A stretch of 64,000 bases of DNA from Candidatus Bathyarchaeota archaeon (GCA_963767735.1 CAVYES010000002.1:32001-96000); one strand, 5' to 3'. Shown: positions 49,605 to 60,405, counted from the stretch's first letter. Translations and numbers: made by a program. The notes: a model not told the origin generated them from the letters alone.

Positions 49605-50111
49605 TTATGGCGTAGCGTAGATGTAGATTGGATATAGGTTATCTTGGTCTGTTTTGATCGGAGTCCACTTTTTAATTTGGTGAACGCAGGAAACGATTAT
49701 GGTTCCTTTTTGTAATTCTTTCTCTGCAATCTTATTCATTAAACTACCTGAGAGGTAACAGAGCAGGACATCGGCTTTTGTTAAGTTAACGTCAAGCAGG
49801 TTGTCTTTTATGCACGTAACACAGTCCAGTTTCTTTTTGCTGATTTCCCGTTTAATCCACCATGCTTTGAATGGATCTGCTTCTACGGCAACTACTTTTG
49901 CGCCTGACTCGGCAGTTTTGAAAGCGATGTTTCCATATCCTGCACCTAAATCGAAAACAAGCTTGCGGCTGTCCAAATTTGCTAACTCAAGCATTCGCTT
50001 AACCCTCCGCTCAGGCAACGGCATCCACATAGCTCCGTAGATGTACCCTCCGAAGATGATGAAATAAATTAATCCAACACATAAGGCGAATAATATCAAA
50101 TCAATATTCAA
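49605..50111 (-). CDS. membrane-anchored class I SAM-dependent methyltransferase
   Basis: N-terminal TM helix, GA.W.P and DLGAGYG motif I. Confidence 0.85.
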   Translation of the reverse strand: MNIDLILFALCVGLIYFIIFGGYIYGAMWMPLPERRVKRMLELANLDSRKLVFDLGAGYGNIAFKTAESGAKVVAVEADPFKAWWIKREISKKKLDCVTCIKDNLLDVNLTKADVLLCYLSGSLMNKIAEKELQKGTIIVSCVHQIKKWTPIKTDQDNLYPIYIYATP

Positions 50112-50608
50112 GTTGGTAAACCACCGACTCCTCCATTGCTCCTTCCAACAAACATTTCAAGCTTGGAACGCCTCATAATTAACCCGCCTTATTGGTAAAC
50201 TAAAAAGAGAAATAACAATTTGTGCGTAGGAAAAAACATAACCATTTGAAGCAATCAATGCTAGATGTTAATTTTGATAAGGCTCCCCCTCTGCATGATG
50301 TTGAGGCCCATTTTTGCTCTCATGTCTGATCCTGGATAAGGGCAAATTTGAACCGTGCATTCAGAACCTAAGCCGAGAGTTTGCCAATAATCTTGGAAAA
50401 TTTCCTGGATTGGGGGAAGGCAAAGTTAGCGAGCACCGGGAGCGGGTTAATAGTTCGCGGTTTTATAGAGTCTTAAAAGCGTTGCCCGTGACACTCTATG
50501 AATGTAGCATTAGAAACTTGACATGCCGAAAAGCATCAGATCAGCAAAACAATTTTAAACCAGTAAAAAAAATGACATACTCAGCCACATTAACAGAAGG
50601 ATTGTAAC

Positions 50609-51304
50609 TTGGAACAAACCTCAAAAATCATCAAACAAGCAGAAAAAGAAGGCAGAAAAGCGCTTCTTGAACCAGAAGCAAAAGCCATCTGCATGGAATA
50701 CGGCATCCCAGTCACCAAATTCAAAGTAGCATTAAACGAAAAAGAAGCAGCAAAATACGCTGACGAAATCGGTTACCCAGTTGTATTAAAAATTGTTTCA
50801 GCGGACATAATTCACAAATCCGACGCTGGAGGCGTCATGGTTAACCTGAAAAACGCCGCGGACATCAGTGGTGCCTACAATAAAATCTTGGAAAACATTA
50901 AAAAATACAAGTCAGATGCAAAAATCGCGGGTGTTTTGGTGCAGGAAATGGCGCCTCAATCAACCGAAGTTATCGTGGGAGCCATCAAAGACCCGCAGTT
51001 TGGGCAGACATTGATGTTCGGTTTAGGCGGGATATTTGTTGAAATCCTCAAGGACGTAAACTTCAGAATTGCGCCCTTAACTGCCGATGATGCGAGGGAC
51101 ATGATTACTGAACTTAAGGCTTATCCGCTTCTGAAAGGTTACAGAAACACGCCGCCCGCAGACATCGATGCCCTAGTAAAAATACTATGCAACACTTCAC
51201 GCCTCGTCATGGATAACCCTGAAATCAAAGAGCTAGACCTAAACCCAGTGATGGCTTACCAGAGTGGCGCAAAAACAGTCGACGCAAGAATAATACTCGA
51301 ATAA
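50609..51304 (+). CDS. acdB: ADP-forming acetate/acyl-CoA ligase beta subunit (ATP-grasp)
   Basis: GYPVVLKIVS.DI.HKSDAGGV, DPQFG..LMFGLGGIFVE, ELDLNP and VDARI. Confidence 0.92.
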   Translation: MEQTSKIIKQAEKEGRKALLEPEAKAICMEYGIPVTKFKVALNEKEAAKYADEIGYPVVLKIVSADIIHKSDAGGVMVNLKNAADISGAYNKILENIKKYKSDAKIAGVLVQEMAPQSTEVIVGAIKDPQFGQTLMFGLGGIFVEILKDVNFRIAPLTADDARDMITELKAYPLLKGYRNTPPADIDALVKILCNTSRLVMDNPEIKELDLNPVMAYQSGAKTVDARIILE

Positions 51305-51406
51305 TCCTTACTTTCTAATCAATTAAGTAAAAAATTTACTTTTTTTTCTATACATTGCCAATGCATAACTATAATAGATTCAAACGCCTTCACGAAAACG
51401 GTAGAA

Positions 51407-52510
51407 ATGAGCCAAACCTCTGAATCTGAAGAGAATTTAAACTTAAACATTAATAAAATAGTTAACGATGCCCTGAAAATTTTCTTCAAAGATGCCGTGA
51501 GAATTGCCCTCACAAGCCCTTCCCAATCGGTTTTCTTTTTGCGAACACTTAGATGGCAAAATAAAGCGACTAAAACGAGGCAGAAGCTGGAACTTCAAGG
51601 GCTCCACGTTCCGCCAATCTTGGTTATAAGCGTTACCAGCAAATGCAACCTGCATTGCGCAGGCTGCTATCACCATGCATTAAGAAGCAAGCCTGATGCC
51701 GAAATGAGTGATGAACGCATTGAGCGGCTTGTGGATGAGGCAAAAGAACTTGGTATATCGTTTATTGTGCTCGCAGGCGGAGAGCCTCTCATGCGCCCCA
51801 ACATACTGGACATTTCTAAGCAAACTCCCGAGATAATGTTTCTAATGTTCACAAACGGGCTACTGTTAAACGAGCAGGTGCTGGAGCGAATGGCTTCAAA
51901 CAAAAACATCGTTCCGCTTCTCAGCCTGGAAGGTTACCAAATTGACACGGATGGCAGACGCGGCACAGGAGTATACGATCAACTTCTCAAATCAATAGGA
52001 AAACTGAAAAACAAAGGCCTCTTCTGGGGAACAACGTTAACTATGACAAGGACCAACTTTGACGAGGTAACTGACGACGCTTTTATCAAGCAGCTTGTTG
52101 ATTCCGGATGCAAATTCTTCATGATGGTCGAGTACACACCCGTAATTGCTGGAACGGAAGATTGGGTCCTCTCAGAAGAACAAAAATCAAAGGTAATAAC
52201 GATACGAAATGCGTTCCGCAAAAAATACAAAGCCTTATTCATCGCATTGCCCTGGGATGAAGACGAGATCGGCGGGTGCCTCTCGGCTGGACGAGGATTC
52301 ATACATGTCAGCTCAGAAGGAAACGTTGAACCATGCCCATTCATCGCCTACTCAGACACCAACCTCAAAAACATACCGCTCAGAGAAGCTCTGCAATCAA
52401 AAATGCTCAAAACCATACGAGAAAACCACGCAGAACTAAAAGAAATACACGGCTGCGCTCTTTGGGAAAAACGCGAATGGGTTGAATCACTAGCCAAAAA
52501 CAAGCAATAA
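51407..52510 (+). CDS. radical SAM protein with SPASM/twitch domain
   Basis: CNLHCAGC, GGEP, FTNG and GCLSAGRG...EPCPF. Confidence 0.92.
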   Translation: MSQTSESEENLNLNINKIVNDALKIFFKDAVRIALTSPSQSVFFLRTLRWQNKATKTRQKLELQGLHVPPILVISVTSKCNLHCAGCYHHALRSKPDAEMSDERIERLVDEAKELGISFIVLAGGEPLMRPNILDISKQTPEIMFLMFTNGLLLNEQVLERMASNKNIVPLLSLEGYQIDTDGRRGTGVYDQLLKSIGKLKNKGLFWGTTLTMTRTNFDEVTDDAFIKQLVDSGCKFFMMVEYTPVIAGTEDWVLSEEQKSKVITIRNAFRKKYKALFIALPWDEDEIGGCLSAGRGFIHVSSEGNVEPCPFIAYSDTNLKNIPLREALQSKMLKTIRENHAELKEIHGCALWEKREWVESLAKNKQ

Positions 52511-52552
52511 TACACAACCGTATCTGTTAATTTGGGATTTCGAGCGGCCAAT

Positions 52553-52647
52553 CTACCCCCCGGTCTGCTAGATGCTCCTATTAGACGCCAAACATGATTC
52601 AACATACTTCAACATAGAAAGAAGTCTGCGCACTTTCAACATGAAAC
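52553..52647 (-). repeat. ~95-bp dispersed repeat, copy B (inverted relative to 2672-2764)
   Basis: Reverse complement reads GTTTCATGTTGAAAGTGC...ATGTTGAAGTATGTTGAATCATGTTTGGCGTCTAATAGGAGCATCTAGCAGACCGGGGGGTAG. Confidence 0.85.
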
Positions 52648-52960
52648 AGTGCTTTTTATTATAGAAAATAAAGCGTTTGCTTAGAAATTATGTTTCACTA
52701 TCTCGGTTCTTTAATTCAGTATGGATAATGCTCAGCAACTTTTCAGGATTAACTGGTTTTCCAACAAAAACATCTGCTCCTTCAACGCTGCCCTGCAGCC
52801 AAGTTTTACCCGTAAGCTTACCTTCAAAGTTTTAGGCGATGAATTATTAATTAATGGAAAAATGCTCTAACTACCTGATGAGGCGCTCAATCTCGAGTTA
52901 CAGATTCAAAGCTTAAATGGAACAACCCGCATTTTCACTTCCAAAAGAGGAACAAATCAG

Positions 52961-53833
52961 TTGGCTAACCAAAAAATAAGCGAAGGCGACTACGTGCTAA
53001 TCTACCTAGATGCGCGCAGAACTTACATGATAAAAATGCAGGCAGGACAAACCTTCCACACGCATAAGGGCTACTTGAAGCTTGACGAGTTAATCGGCAA
53101 AGAATACGGCGAACCCATCAAAAGCAGCCTAGGCATCTACTTCACCACGCTAAAACCCGCGTTGACAGATTACATAATGAAGTCCTCTCGCAATACCCAA
53201 ATCATTTACCCGAAAGACGCCGCCTTAATTGTCATGTTCAGTGGCATCGGACCCGGAAGTCGAGTGGTGGAGTCTGGCACTGGAACAGGCTCATTAACTA
53301 CAACCCTCGCACATTATGTTGGTCCAACTGGAAAAGTTTACACTTACGAACTACGTAACGAATTTCAAAAGAACGCAGCCAAAAACCTCGAACGCTCAAA
53401 ACTCATCGGTTACGTTGAAATGAAAAGCGGAGATGTAACGTTAGGAATTGAAGAGCGCGATGTGGATGCGGTTATTTTGGATTTGGCTACTCCATGGCTT
53501 GTGATACCGCACGCTTACGAAGCACTCAAGCCCTCAGGCATAATTGTCTCGTTCAGCCCCACCATTGATCAAGTCGTGAAAACCACGGAAGCGCTAAGAG
53601 AAAACTGTTTTGTTTTCATAGAAACCGTTGAGTGCTTGATGCGTGCAATGCAGATTGAACGGGGAAAAACAAGACCTCAAACGCTAATGACGGGACACAC
53701 CGGATACATTACTCATGCGAGAAAAATCCTCAAACCCCCTCAGCAACAGAAACCAGTCGTAGAACAGGAACAACCCATAGAAACAGAGGAGAAACAAGAA
53801 GCAGCCGAGGAAGTTGCTGCTGAATTAACTTGA
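52961..53833 (+). CDS. trmI: tRNA (adenine-N1)-methyltransferase
   Basis: TQIIYPKD, ESGTGTGSLT, LDLATPW, FSPTIDQ and GHTGY. Confidence 0.93.
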   Translation: MANQKISEGDYVLIYLDARRTYMIKMQAGQTFHTHKGYLKLDELIGKEYGEPIKSSLGIYFTTLKPALTDYIMKSSRNTQIIYPKDAALIVMFSGIGPGSRVVESGTGTGSLTTTLAHYVGPTGKVYTYELRNEFQKNAAKNLERSKLIGYVEMKSGDVTLGIEERDVDAVILDLATPWLVIPHAYEALKPSGIIVSFSPTIDQVVKTTEALRENCFVFIETVECLMRAMQIERGKTRPQTLMTGHTGYITHARKILKPPQQQKPVVEQEQPIETEEKQEAAEEVAAELT

Positions 53834-55435
53834 TTTTTGCTTAGCTTTGGCCGTTGCTGGTTGAGACATACTGAGCGTCCAGAATGCTTGCTTTAGTTGT
53901 TCGCCTCGTGTCCAACCGTAGTAGAAGCCTGCTATTCTGCCTGCATATGGAATAACTATTTGATCCAACGCTTTGTATAGGATAGGGTTGTGTAAACGGT
54001 TTTCAAGGAATGTTGGCTTCCAAATTCTAATGTTATATTCCCAGCATTTTATGAAAAAGTCCCAGCGCACTTTGGAGAGCGAATCCATCTCAGCGCCTTT
54101 CTTATTCATAAGCACACAGTTCTCCAGTGGAACAAAAAACAAGGGCACATAGAACGCGTTATAATCTTTTAATTTGTCCATTAATTCAAGAGTTTGCAGT
54201 ACATCTTCCTCTTTCTCGTCTGGAAGGCCGACAATCAATGTTGCCAGCGGATACCAGTCATTATCGTTAAATATGCCAAAAGCGTTCTCGACGACTTCTT
54301 GCCATTGTTCAGGTTTGAAAGGCAACATTTTGCCAGCCATATACTTCTTCATCAATCTTGGGCTACCCGTTTCAATTCCTGTTTCAGCCGTAATTATATC
54401 TTTTTTGTCAAAAGAATACCAGCTGCGCTCAATCAATATTTCTGCAAGTTCCTTCACCATTTGCGGGTTATGGACTGCCGGCGCCAACGACATGTGAGAA
54501 GCTTGAATACTTTTAACGCCTGGATACTGAGCAACGCTTTTTACTAATTTTACGACGGCTTCCTTGTTTGGAACGAATTTTTGATCTTTCGAACCGTATA
54601 AAAACAGGTCTTCGGTAACTAGCGTTATGTGGTCGCTGCCTTCTGCAGTGGATAACGCAACTTCCTTCATGATTTTTTCAAGGGGAACATCTATTTTGTG
54701 CTGCATGGTTGGCGTGCAAAACTGGCAGTTTCTTCCGCAGCCTTTTGAAATCTCGACGGCGCCATGGATTCCGGCATGTTTGGTTATCGGCATTATGGCA
54801 TTGTAATCCCAGTTGCTGATTGATTCATCAGCCTTGACGATGCGTGGAAGAGGTTCGCCGTTTACTGCCTTCTTGAAAACTTGAACTATCGGCTCCGGTC
54901 TTCCGCCGAGCAAGACGCAATCTACACCATAACTGTCAAAGACCTTTTTGCGTTCAAGTTGCCAAGAACCGAATCCGCCAACGATAATTTTTGGCCTAAA
55001 CTTTTTTATGTTTGGGTGAGTGACCAGTTTTTGGAATTCTACTGCGTTCATGGGTTCGCCGCCCCCGATTATCGACGAGTACGTCTTACTTACGTATCCC
55101 ATGCCTGTTGGATCCATTGAAGATATTCCCACTACCTTAGTTTCTGACCCTATGAAGTCTTCAAGGTCGTCAGGGTGAACGACGGCTACATCTTTTTCTG
55201 TGAAGCCGTTTTCCAGCAGTATGGCTTCAACTTTCCTTAAGCCGTAAGGTGCAAACCTTGCCTGACCGTTTGGCTTGCGTTCTACTGGGGGATAAACTGT
55301 TTTTCTCATAAAAGAAAGCGGCAATGGACCCTTACCGAAGCCGGCGAAGAAAGCGATAAAATGATTATTATAAAAATCGCTCATTTCAGTTGATGACGCC
55401 GTAAGAACTATTTTTACGCCCAAACCTGATTCCAA
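53825..55435 (-). CDS. B12-binding-domain radical SAM protein
   Basis: APYGLRKVEA, VGISSMDP.G, GCGRNCQFC and GIETGS. Confidence 0.9.
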   Translation of the reverse strand: MESGLGVKIVLTASSTEMSDFYNNHFIAFFAGFGKGPLPLSFMRKTVYPPVERKPNGQARFAPYGLRKVEAILLENGFTEKDVAVVHPDDLEDFIGSETKVVGISSMDPTGMGYVSKTYSSIIGGGEPMNAVEFQKLVTHPNIKKFRPKIIVGGFGSWQLERKKVFDSYGVDCVLLGGRPEPIVQVFKKAVNGEPLPRIVKADESISNWDYNAIMPITKHAGIHGAVEISKGCGRNCQFCTPTMQHKIDVPLEKIMKEVALSTAEGSDHITLVTEDLFLYGSKDQKFVPNKEAVVKLVKSVAQYPGVKSIQASHMSLAPAVHNPQMVKELAEILIERSWYSFDKKDIITAETGIETGSPRLMKKYMAGKMLPFKPEQWQEVVENAFGIFNDNDWYPLATLIVGLPDEKEEDVLQTLELMDKLKDYNAFYVPLFFVPLENCVLMNKKGAEMDSLSKVRWDFFIKCWEYNIRIWKPTFLENRLHNPILYKALDQIVIPYAGRIAGFYYGWTRGEQLKQAFWTLSMSQPATAKAKQKSS

Positions 55436-55627
55436 AGCACTCTCTTCCTTCGAATAGAATAAGAGAATGTTCCGTAGCCCTTTTAAGAATTACTATCGGA
55501 GGCATGTTATTACCGGTAGGTTAGAAGCAAAATTAGTGGCCGTCTAAGCAGCTTGTTTACATAGATGTTAACGTTCAAGTAACTTTATTTTTAGGCTTTT
55601 TGTAGTGTTTAAATTCAAGAGTTTGCA

Positions 55628-56311
55628 CTATTCGTGAAAGCCAAGTATCTTATTGAGCTTATCTAAAGCTCTGTCCGATGCTTCTTTGTCTGGAAACTCA
55701 AGGTCATCTTGCTTTGGTTCGGTGCCAGCAAAAAGGCACAATGCTTCAATGCCCTTACGCTTCGACAAGCCAAATATCAGCCCCGAGAAACCCATGAAGG
55801 GTCCTTTGTACCCTATGTCGATACTGTATTTTTCCTTCATCTCAGAGACTAATTCTTTGCTGGTAGCGGCGCAGCATATTTTCTTGTCTTTTGAACCGTA
55901 ACCTGCAACGACTATTATTTTTTTGACGTGGTTTTCAGCTAAGAAATCTAGAACTTTTATCGAAACTTGATATTGGCCTTCAAAATTTGCGTGATACCCT
56001 TTCGTAATGATTAAAGAAGGAGTGGAACAAGCGTAAAACTGGACTTTAGGAAAGTCTGCTTCACCAGATTCAACAATAACTCCGCCCATGCCAGGCAACA
56101 TTGGATCAGCAGCGTAGGAGGGTTTGGTTTCGTAGATTGAAGGCATATGAATCGAATACAGGTCTGCAATTTTCGTGGCATTTGTTTTGGCTATTAGGCT
56201 GTCCATAACAATTTTGCCTATAGATCTCAACCCGGGCGACCCAACAACAGCGATAGGTTCGATGAGTTCAACATCGCCGCGTCGTTCTATCCACGTTTCC
56301 TTCTGCATCAA
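55628..56311 (-). CDS. PAC2 family protein
   Basis: VVGSPGLRSIGK, GQY, GFSGLI and PD.EAS. Confidence 0.85.
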   Translation of the reverse strand: MMQKETWIERRGDVELIEPIAVVGSPGLRSIGKIVMDSLIAKTNATKIADLYSIHMPSIYETKPSYAADPMLPGMGGVIVESGEADFPKVQFYACSTPSLIITKGYHANFEGQYQVSIKVLDFLAENHVKKIIVVAGYGSKDKKICCAATSKELVSEMKEKYSIDIGYKGPFMGFSGLIFGLSKRKGIEALCLFAGTEPKQDDLEFPDKEASDRALDKLNKILGFHE

Positions 56312-56323
56312 AGCATCCTCAGT

Positions 56324-57109
56324 TCAAGTGACGTAGGCGGGCTTCTTACCTGAACCAGCCATTTCCTCTCGTATCCGCCGCTCAATTTCAACCAATTTCG
56401 CAATTGCCTCATCCATCTGCACCACCTGCTTCTCCATGGGCTCCATATCTACTTTCAAATTCAGCATTGAAGTCAACACTTTCAAAGCCGCCTTCGCTGC
56501 CCGGGGATCTATAACATATTCTCCAGTTGGCGTCTGGTACCCGTGAGTTTCCGCCAGCAAACACACGGCTTCTTTATTTTTCTTTTTGGCGAGACCCGTT
56601 ATTATACCGTTTTCGCCTCCGATGATTCCATTATTCAGAAGTTGGGCGCCATGCGACTTAGCTTCTTCAAGCAAAGCTAATGTTGCTGTAGTACAGAAGA
56701 CGTTGGGGACCTCGAATGGTCTCTCCGTTATGTAGGCCGCAACAGTGTATACTCTTTGTACGCCATTGTTGATTGCCCAATCCAAAACCGCATCCGCAAC
56801 CTCGTATTGGCCCTCAGGTGAAAAAGCTTGTGCGTTGCCGGTGAGGAAAATGATTGTTCGTCCCGATTCATCTTTGAATTGATGGAGTTCGTTTCGAAGA
56901 AGCTCAACAAGTCCGTCTTCACTTATAACGACAAAGGGTGGAAAATACTTTGAGTAGACTTCCCCAACCAGTTCAGCTTTGAGTTGCTGGATAAGGTAGT
57001 CAACTGAAAGTTTTCCAATATAAGCTGTTCCAGGCAATCCGCATACGAGTATTAATTGATTTGGCGTAAACTCCTTTAGCATTTTAATTTCAACACTCAT
57101 AAGATGCAA
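56324..57109 (-). CDS. PAC2 family proteasome assembly chaperone
   Basis: GLPGTAYIGKL..DYLI..L, GQYE, G.NG, LLAET.G and DPRAAKA.L. Confidence 0.9.
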   Translation of the reverse strand: MHLMSVEIKMLKEFTPNQLILVCGLPGTAYIGKLSVDYLIQQLKAELVGEVYSKYFPPFVVISEDGLVELLRNELHQFKDESGRTIIFLTGNAQAFSPEGQYEVADAVLDWAINNGVQRVYTVAAYITERPFEVPNVFCTTATLALLEEAKSHGAQLLNNGIIGGENGIITGLAKKKNKEAVCLLAETHGYQTPTGEYVIDPRAAKAALKVLTSMLNLKVDMEPMEKQVVQMDEAIAKLVEIERRIREEMAGSGKKPAYVT

Positions 57110-57348
57110 ACCAACTTTGATTCAAGATAAGTGGTGACACAAATGAACTTTTTGTTTAAACCTTTGCACACTTGCCTATGATGCCTAAGGTTTTACCCAT
57201 TTTTGTATGTATTCAGATAAACTCCAAGACTTTCTAAAACCTACTTCTTAGGCTTAGCGCTTGTTTCGCCGGCTTTGCAAATTAGCGGAATTTGCTTCTC
57301 AAAAATGCTCAAAAGCCACCCATTAGCTTAGGTGTTTGACGATGTAAA

Positions 57349-57639
57349 ATGATGACTAGCCATCGCTTCGAAGCCTCAGTTAACCTTTTCGTCGATCCGA
57401 GTCAGAAAAAGCAGGTTATAGCCGCCCTCTCAAAGATCGAAAACATCGAGGAGATCTATGATGTCAAAGGGGAATTTGACATCGTTTCCAGAGTTTCGGC
57501 AGCGAGCGTGGAAGAGTTCCGCAATGTCTTGCAAGAAAAAATAAACAAGATCAAAGGCGTCAAAAGCACCGTAACCTCAGTCGTACTCAAAGCCCACAAA
57601 CACCCCAAAGCCGCCCTGAGCAATGCCCACATGCGTTAA
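57349..57639 (+). CDS. stand-alone Lrp/AsnC ligand-binding (RAM) domain protein
   Basis: YDVKGEFDIV...I.KIKGVKSTVTSVVL. Confidence 0.85.
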   Translation: MMTSHRFEASVNLFVDPSQKKQVIAALSKIENIEEIYDVKGEFDIVSRVSAASVEEFRNVLQEKINKIKGVKSTVTSVVLKAHKHPKAALSNAHMR

Positions 57640-58066
57640 ACGAGAGCCAACCAAGGCCCCAAAACCCATGCCTATAGAGGGAGACTTGCCTGAATTTAGC
57701 CTATCACCAGAATATAGAAAAAATATAAAATAGTGTATAATCTGGGTTAACTATTGTTAGTTTACAATCAAGGTGTAAAAAGACTTGTGCCATTCTCTCT
57801 TGCGCAAACCTGCGCATTTTCGTGAGTTCAGTGTTTTCAGCCATGATGCATCGAAAATACCATTATTCTGGTAGTATCAAAGGTTAGTCGTACCTTGCCG
57901 TCTGAGTAACTCTGAACTTTCATCCAATAAAGTCAAGCTAATGCCTTCTCATCATCCGGCCAGAACAACTTAGTGCAGGCGAGATAAAAGCATATACATC
58001 GAATTAACCGTTAAGGAACCCTTTTATTTTCGCTTAGAAACCTTATTTTATAAGGAGTTATCTAGC

Positions 58067-58639
58067 ATGAATTTTAGTGGTAGTCAAACAGAAAAGAACG
58101 TTCTAGCAGCGTTTGCAGGCGAATCACAAGCACAAACCAGATACACGTTCTTTGCAAGCGTTGCCCGAAAAGAAGGATACGAGCAAATTGGCGGCATTTT
58201 TGATGAGACTTTAGCCAATGAGAAAGAGCATGCGGAACTTTTCTTTAAGCATCTCAAGGGCGGCATGGTTGAAATCAAAGCTTCTTACCCAGCGGGCATA
58301 ATTGGGTCAACCCCCGAAAATCTCAAAGCGGCAGCTGACGGAGAAAAACTCGAGTGGGGTACACTTTACCCTAATTTTGCTGAGGTCGCTGACAAGGAAG
58401 GTTTTTCGGATGTTGCCGACACATTCCGGATGATTGCAAAAGTAGAAGCCTATCATGAAAGAAGATATAATAAACTGCTGGAAAGCGTAAAGCAAGGCAA
58501 AGTTTTCAAGAAGGAACAGACGATTAAATGGAAATGCAGAAACTGCGGTTTTGTCTTTGAGGGAAAAGAAGCACCAGAGAAATGTCCCGTATGCGCTCAT
58601 CCGAGAGCCTATTTTGAAGTTTGGGTTGAAAACTACTAA
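58067..58639 (+). CDS. rbr: rubrerythrin
   Basis: AFAGESQA, NEKEHA, VEAYHE and rubredoxin-like CRNCG...CPVCAHP. Confidence 0.95.
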   Translation: MNFSGSQTEKNVLAAFAGESQAQTRYTFFASVARKEGYEQIGGIFDETLANEKEHAELFFKHLKGGMVEIKASYPAGIIGSTPENLKAAADGEKLEWGTLYPNFAEVADKEGFSDVADTFRMIAKVEAYHERRYNKLLESVKQGKVFKKEQTIKWKCRNCGFVFEGKEAPEKCPVCAHPRAYFEVWVENY

Positions 58640-58683
58640 ACCCACATTTTTTTCTTTTAACAAACGTAAAGCGTATACGTGGG

Positions 58684-59190
58684 TTACACGATGTATTTCC
58701 CTGTTTTTTCAAAATCCTTAACAATTTCCATGACGCGTTTCGGAGCATTAAAAGGGCCAAGCGGAACATCTTTAAGCAGAACCCATGGACTTTTGCAAGC
58801 TAACACCGTTGCAATATGTTGTTCTCCGAAGCATTTCTTGGCAACTTGAACCACCATGCGGCGCACCTCAACCTCTGAAAGCTCACCCAGAGCATGCAAG
58901 TACTCGTGCAACAGCAGATTGTAAGTTAAAGCGTTAACTGTTGGCTTGGAGCTAACTGAACTCTCAACAATCTCGACGAGAGAGCGATTCAAAACGATGT
59001 TGTTGGTTCCTACAGGGTAGTAGGCTCCAAGCTGCAAAGGTAAATCATCTAAAAACAGCATCATGCCCTCCCTCTTTTTGCCCTGCGCGAACTCCACTGT
59101 GTCTTTTACTATTTGCCATACTTGACTGTAGTTTTCAGCATTATCGAGACGTGAAGCAAACTGCCCCTCTGACTGTGAATTAGCACTCAA
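58684..59190 (-). CDS. hypothetical HEXXH zinc-metallopeptidase-like protein
   Basis: LGAYYP..N.IVLN and LLHEYLHALG. Confidence 0.8.
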   Translation of the reverse strand: MSANSQSEGQFASRLDNAENYSQVWQIVKDTVEFAQGKKREGMMLFLDDLPLQLGAYYPVGTNNIVLNRSLVEIVESSVSSKPTVNALTYNLLLHEYLHALGELSEVEVRRMVVQVAKKCFGEQHIATVLACKSPWVLLKDVPLGPFNAPKRVMEIVKDFEKTGKYIV

Positions 59191-59324
59191 AAACTAAGGC
59201 TCACCTTCATGAAAGAGTGAGTGAAAACAAGGCTTTAAGTTTTGCACAAATAGCGGCGCCGCGATAAACAAAAAATTGATAAATGAGGTGTGCTTTTCTC
59301 TTAGACGTTAAGGTGAAATTTGAA

Positions 59325-59747
59325 ATGGCAAGCAATGTTCTCGTGAGAGACATAATGTCGAAAGATGTTAAAACTGTGCGCAATGATACGTCAGTCAAAG
59401 AAGTAATTGCATTAATGAACAAGTTTGATAAAGATGCAATACTTGTTGAGCAAAGCGGAAAACCGACAGGAATCATAACAGTCAAAGACGTTCTGGTGAG
59501 AGCAGTTGAACATGGTGTACCTCTGAGCACAATCATAGCAAGAATGGTCTACACAAACCCGCTGGTGACGATAGGTGAAGAAGCTACCGTTGAAGAAGCA
59601 GCAAATCTGATGAAAGAATGGCGAATCAAGCATCTACCAATCGTTGACAAAAACGGCGCCCTTGTAGGCATGCTAAACGATAGGGACGTAATCTACGCTG
59701 TTCCTTCATTAATGTCAACGATGGAAGAGTTCTGTCGAACAAAATAA
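59325..59747 (+). CDS. CBS-domain pair protein
   Basis: VRDIMSK...GIIT..D...IKHLPIV...LVG. Start placed at MASNV after a GGTG RBS. Confidence 0.9.
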   Translation: MASNVLVRDIMSKDVKTVRNDTSVKEVIALMNKFDKDAILVEQSGKPTGIITVKDVLVRAVEHGVPLSTIIARMVYTNPLVTIGEEATVEEAANLMKEWRIKHLPIVDKNGALVGMLNDRDVIYAVPSLMSTMEEFCRTK

Positions 59748-59826
59748 GTTCAATCCCAAATAACTCTTTTTTATCCTACAACTTTTGAAACTTTCAAACA
59801 ATTGCACTATATACTTCGTTAACGGT

Positions 59827-60201
59827 TTACTCATGTTCGATAAATGTCTCTTTTGCAGCTTCTTTTTTCATATACTCCCTGAGTTTGTTTGGGGGTATAC
59901 AATTCTTGAGCTTAGGGCAATATTTGTTTGTATGAAAAGATAGAATCTCAGAGAGCGGTTCAATGATTTCTCTGTTTAAAGAGTACAGCTTTTCTTTTCC
60001 TGACCCCTCTGATCGCAAGAAAGCGGAACGCTCCAGTCGTTTAAGGTTGTAGGAGACTGCTGTTTCATCTTGTTCCAGAACTTCTGAAATCCCTGAAATG
60101 TTTTTGGGGCCTTCTCTTAAAACGTCAATTATGGCTAGACACGTTCTATTTGCCAGGGTGGAGAAAAAGATGTAATAAGCTTCATTGGAGAAATTTTCCA
60201 T
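59827..60201 (-). CDS. ArsR/SmtB family transcriptional regulator
   Basis: FSTLAN.T.LAII..L..GP...VSYNLK.L. Confidence 0.88.
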   Translation of the reverse strand: MENFSNEAYYIFFSTLANRTCLAIIDVLREGPKNISGISEVLEQDETAVSYNLKRLERSAFLRSEGSGKEKLYSLNREIIEPLSEILSFHTNKYCPKLKNCIPPNKLREYMKKEAAKETFIEHE

Positions 60202-60374
60202 TTTAATTCACCATGGAGATTATTGTTAACAAAATATGTTTGGGTTGTAGTACTTTAATTTTGCTTAATATTAACGGTAATGTTTTTTCAGGAGGAAAAA
60301 TTGCTTAGGTATAACGAATCAAAATACGTTGAAAAACATTAAGCACGATTCACAAAAAAAAACAATTTCGGGAA

Positions 60375-60405
60375 TTTTCCTTTTTGAAAACAAAAAAAAG
60401 GGAAA
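60375..60405 (-). terminator. probable U-rich terminator of the beta-propeller gene
   Basis: Minus strand TTTCCCTTTTTTTTGTTTTC with a weak inverted repeat, ~25 nt after the stop codon. Confidence 0.5.

Noticed and set aside
50295-50329. possible C/D box sRNA (ATGATG...CTGA)
   Set aside because: Box C is imperfect, the span is too short, and there are no internal D'/C' boxes.
50314-50607. 97-aa ORF upstream of acdB
   Set aside because: No recognisable motif or RBS, and it overlaps the probable acdB promoter; likely spurious.
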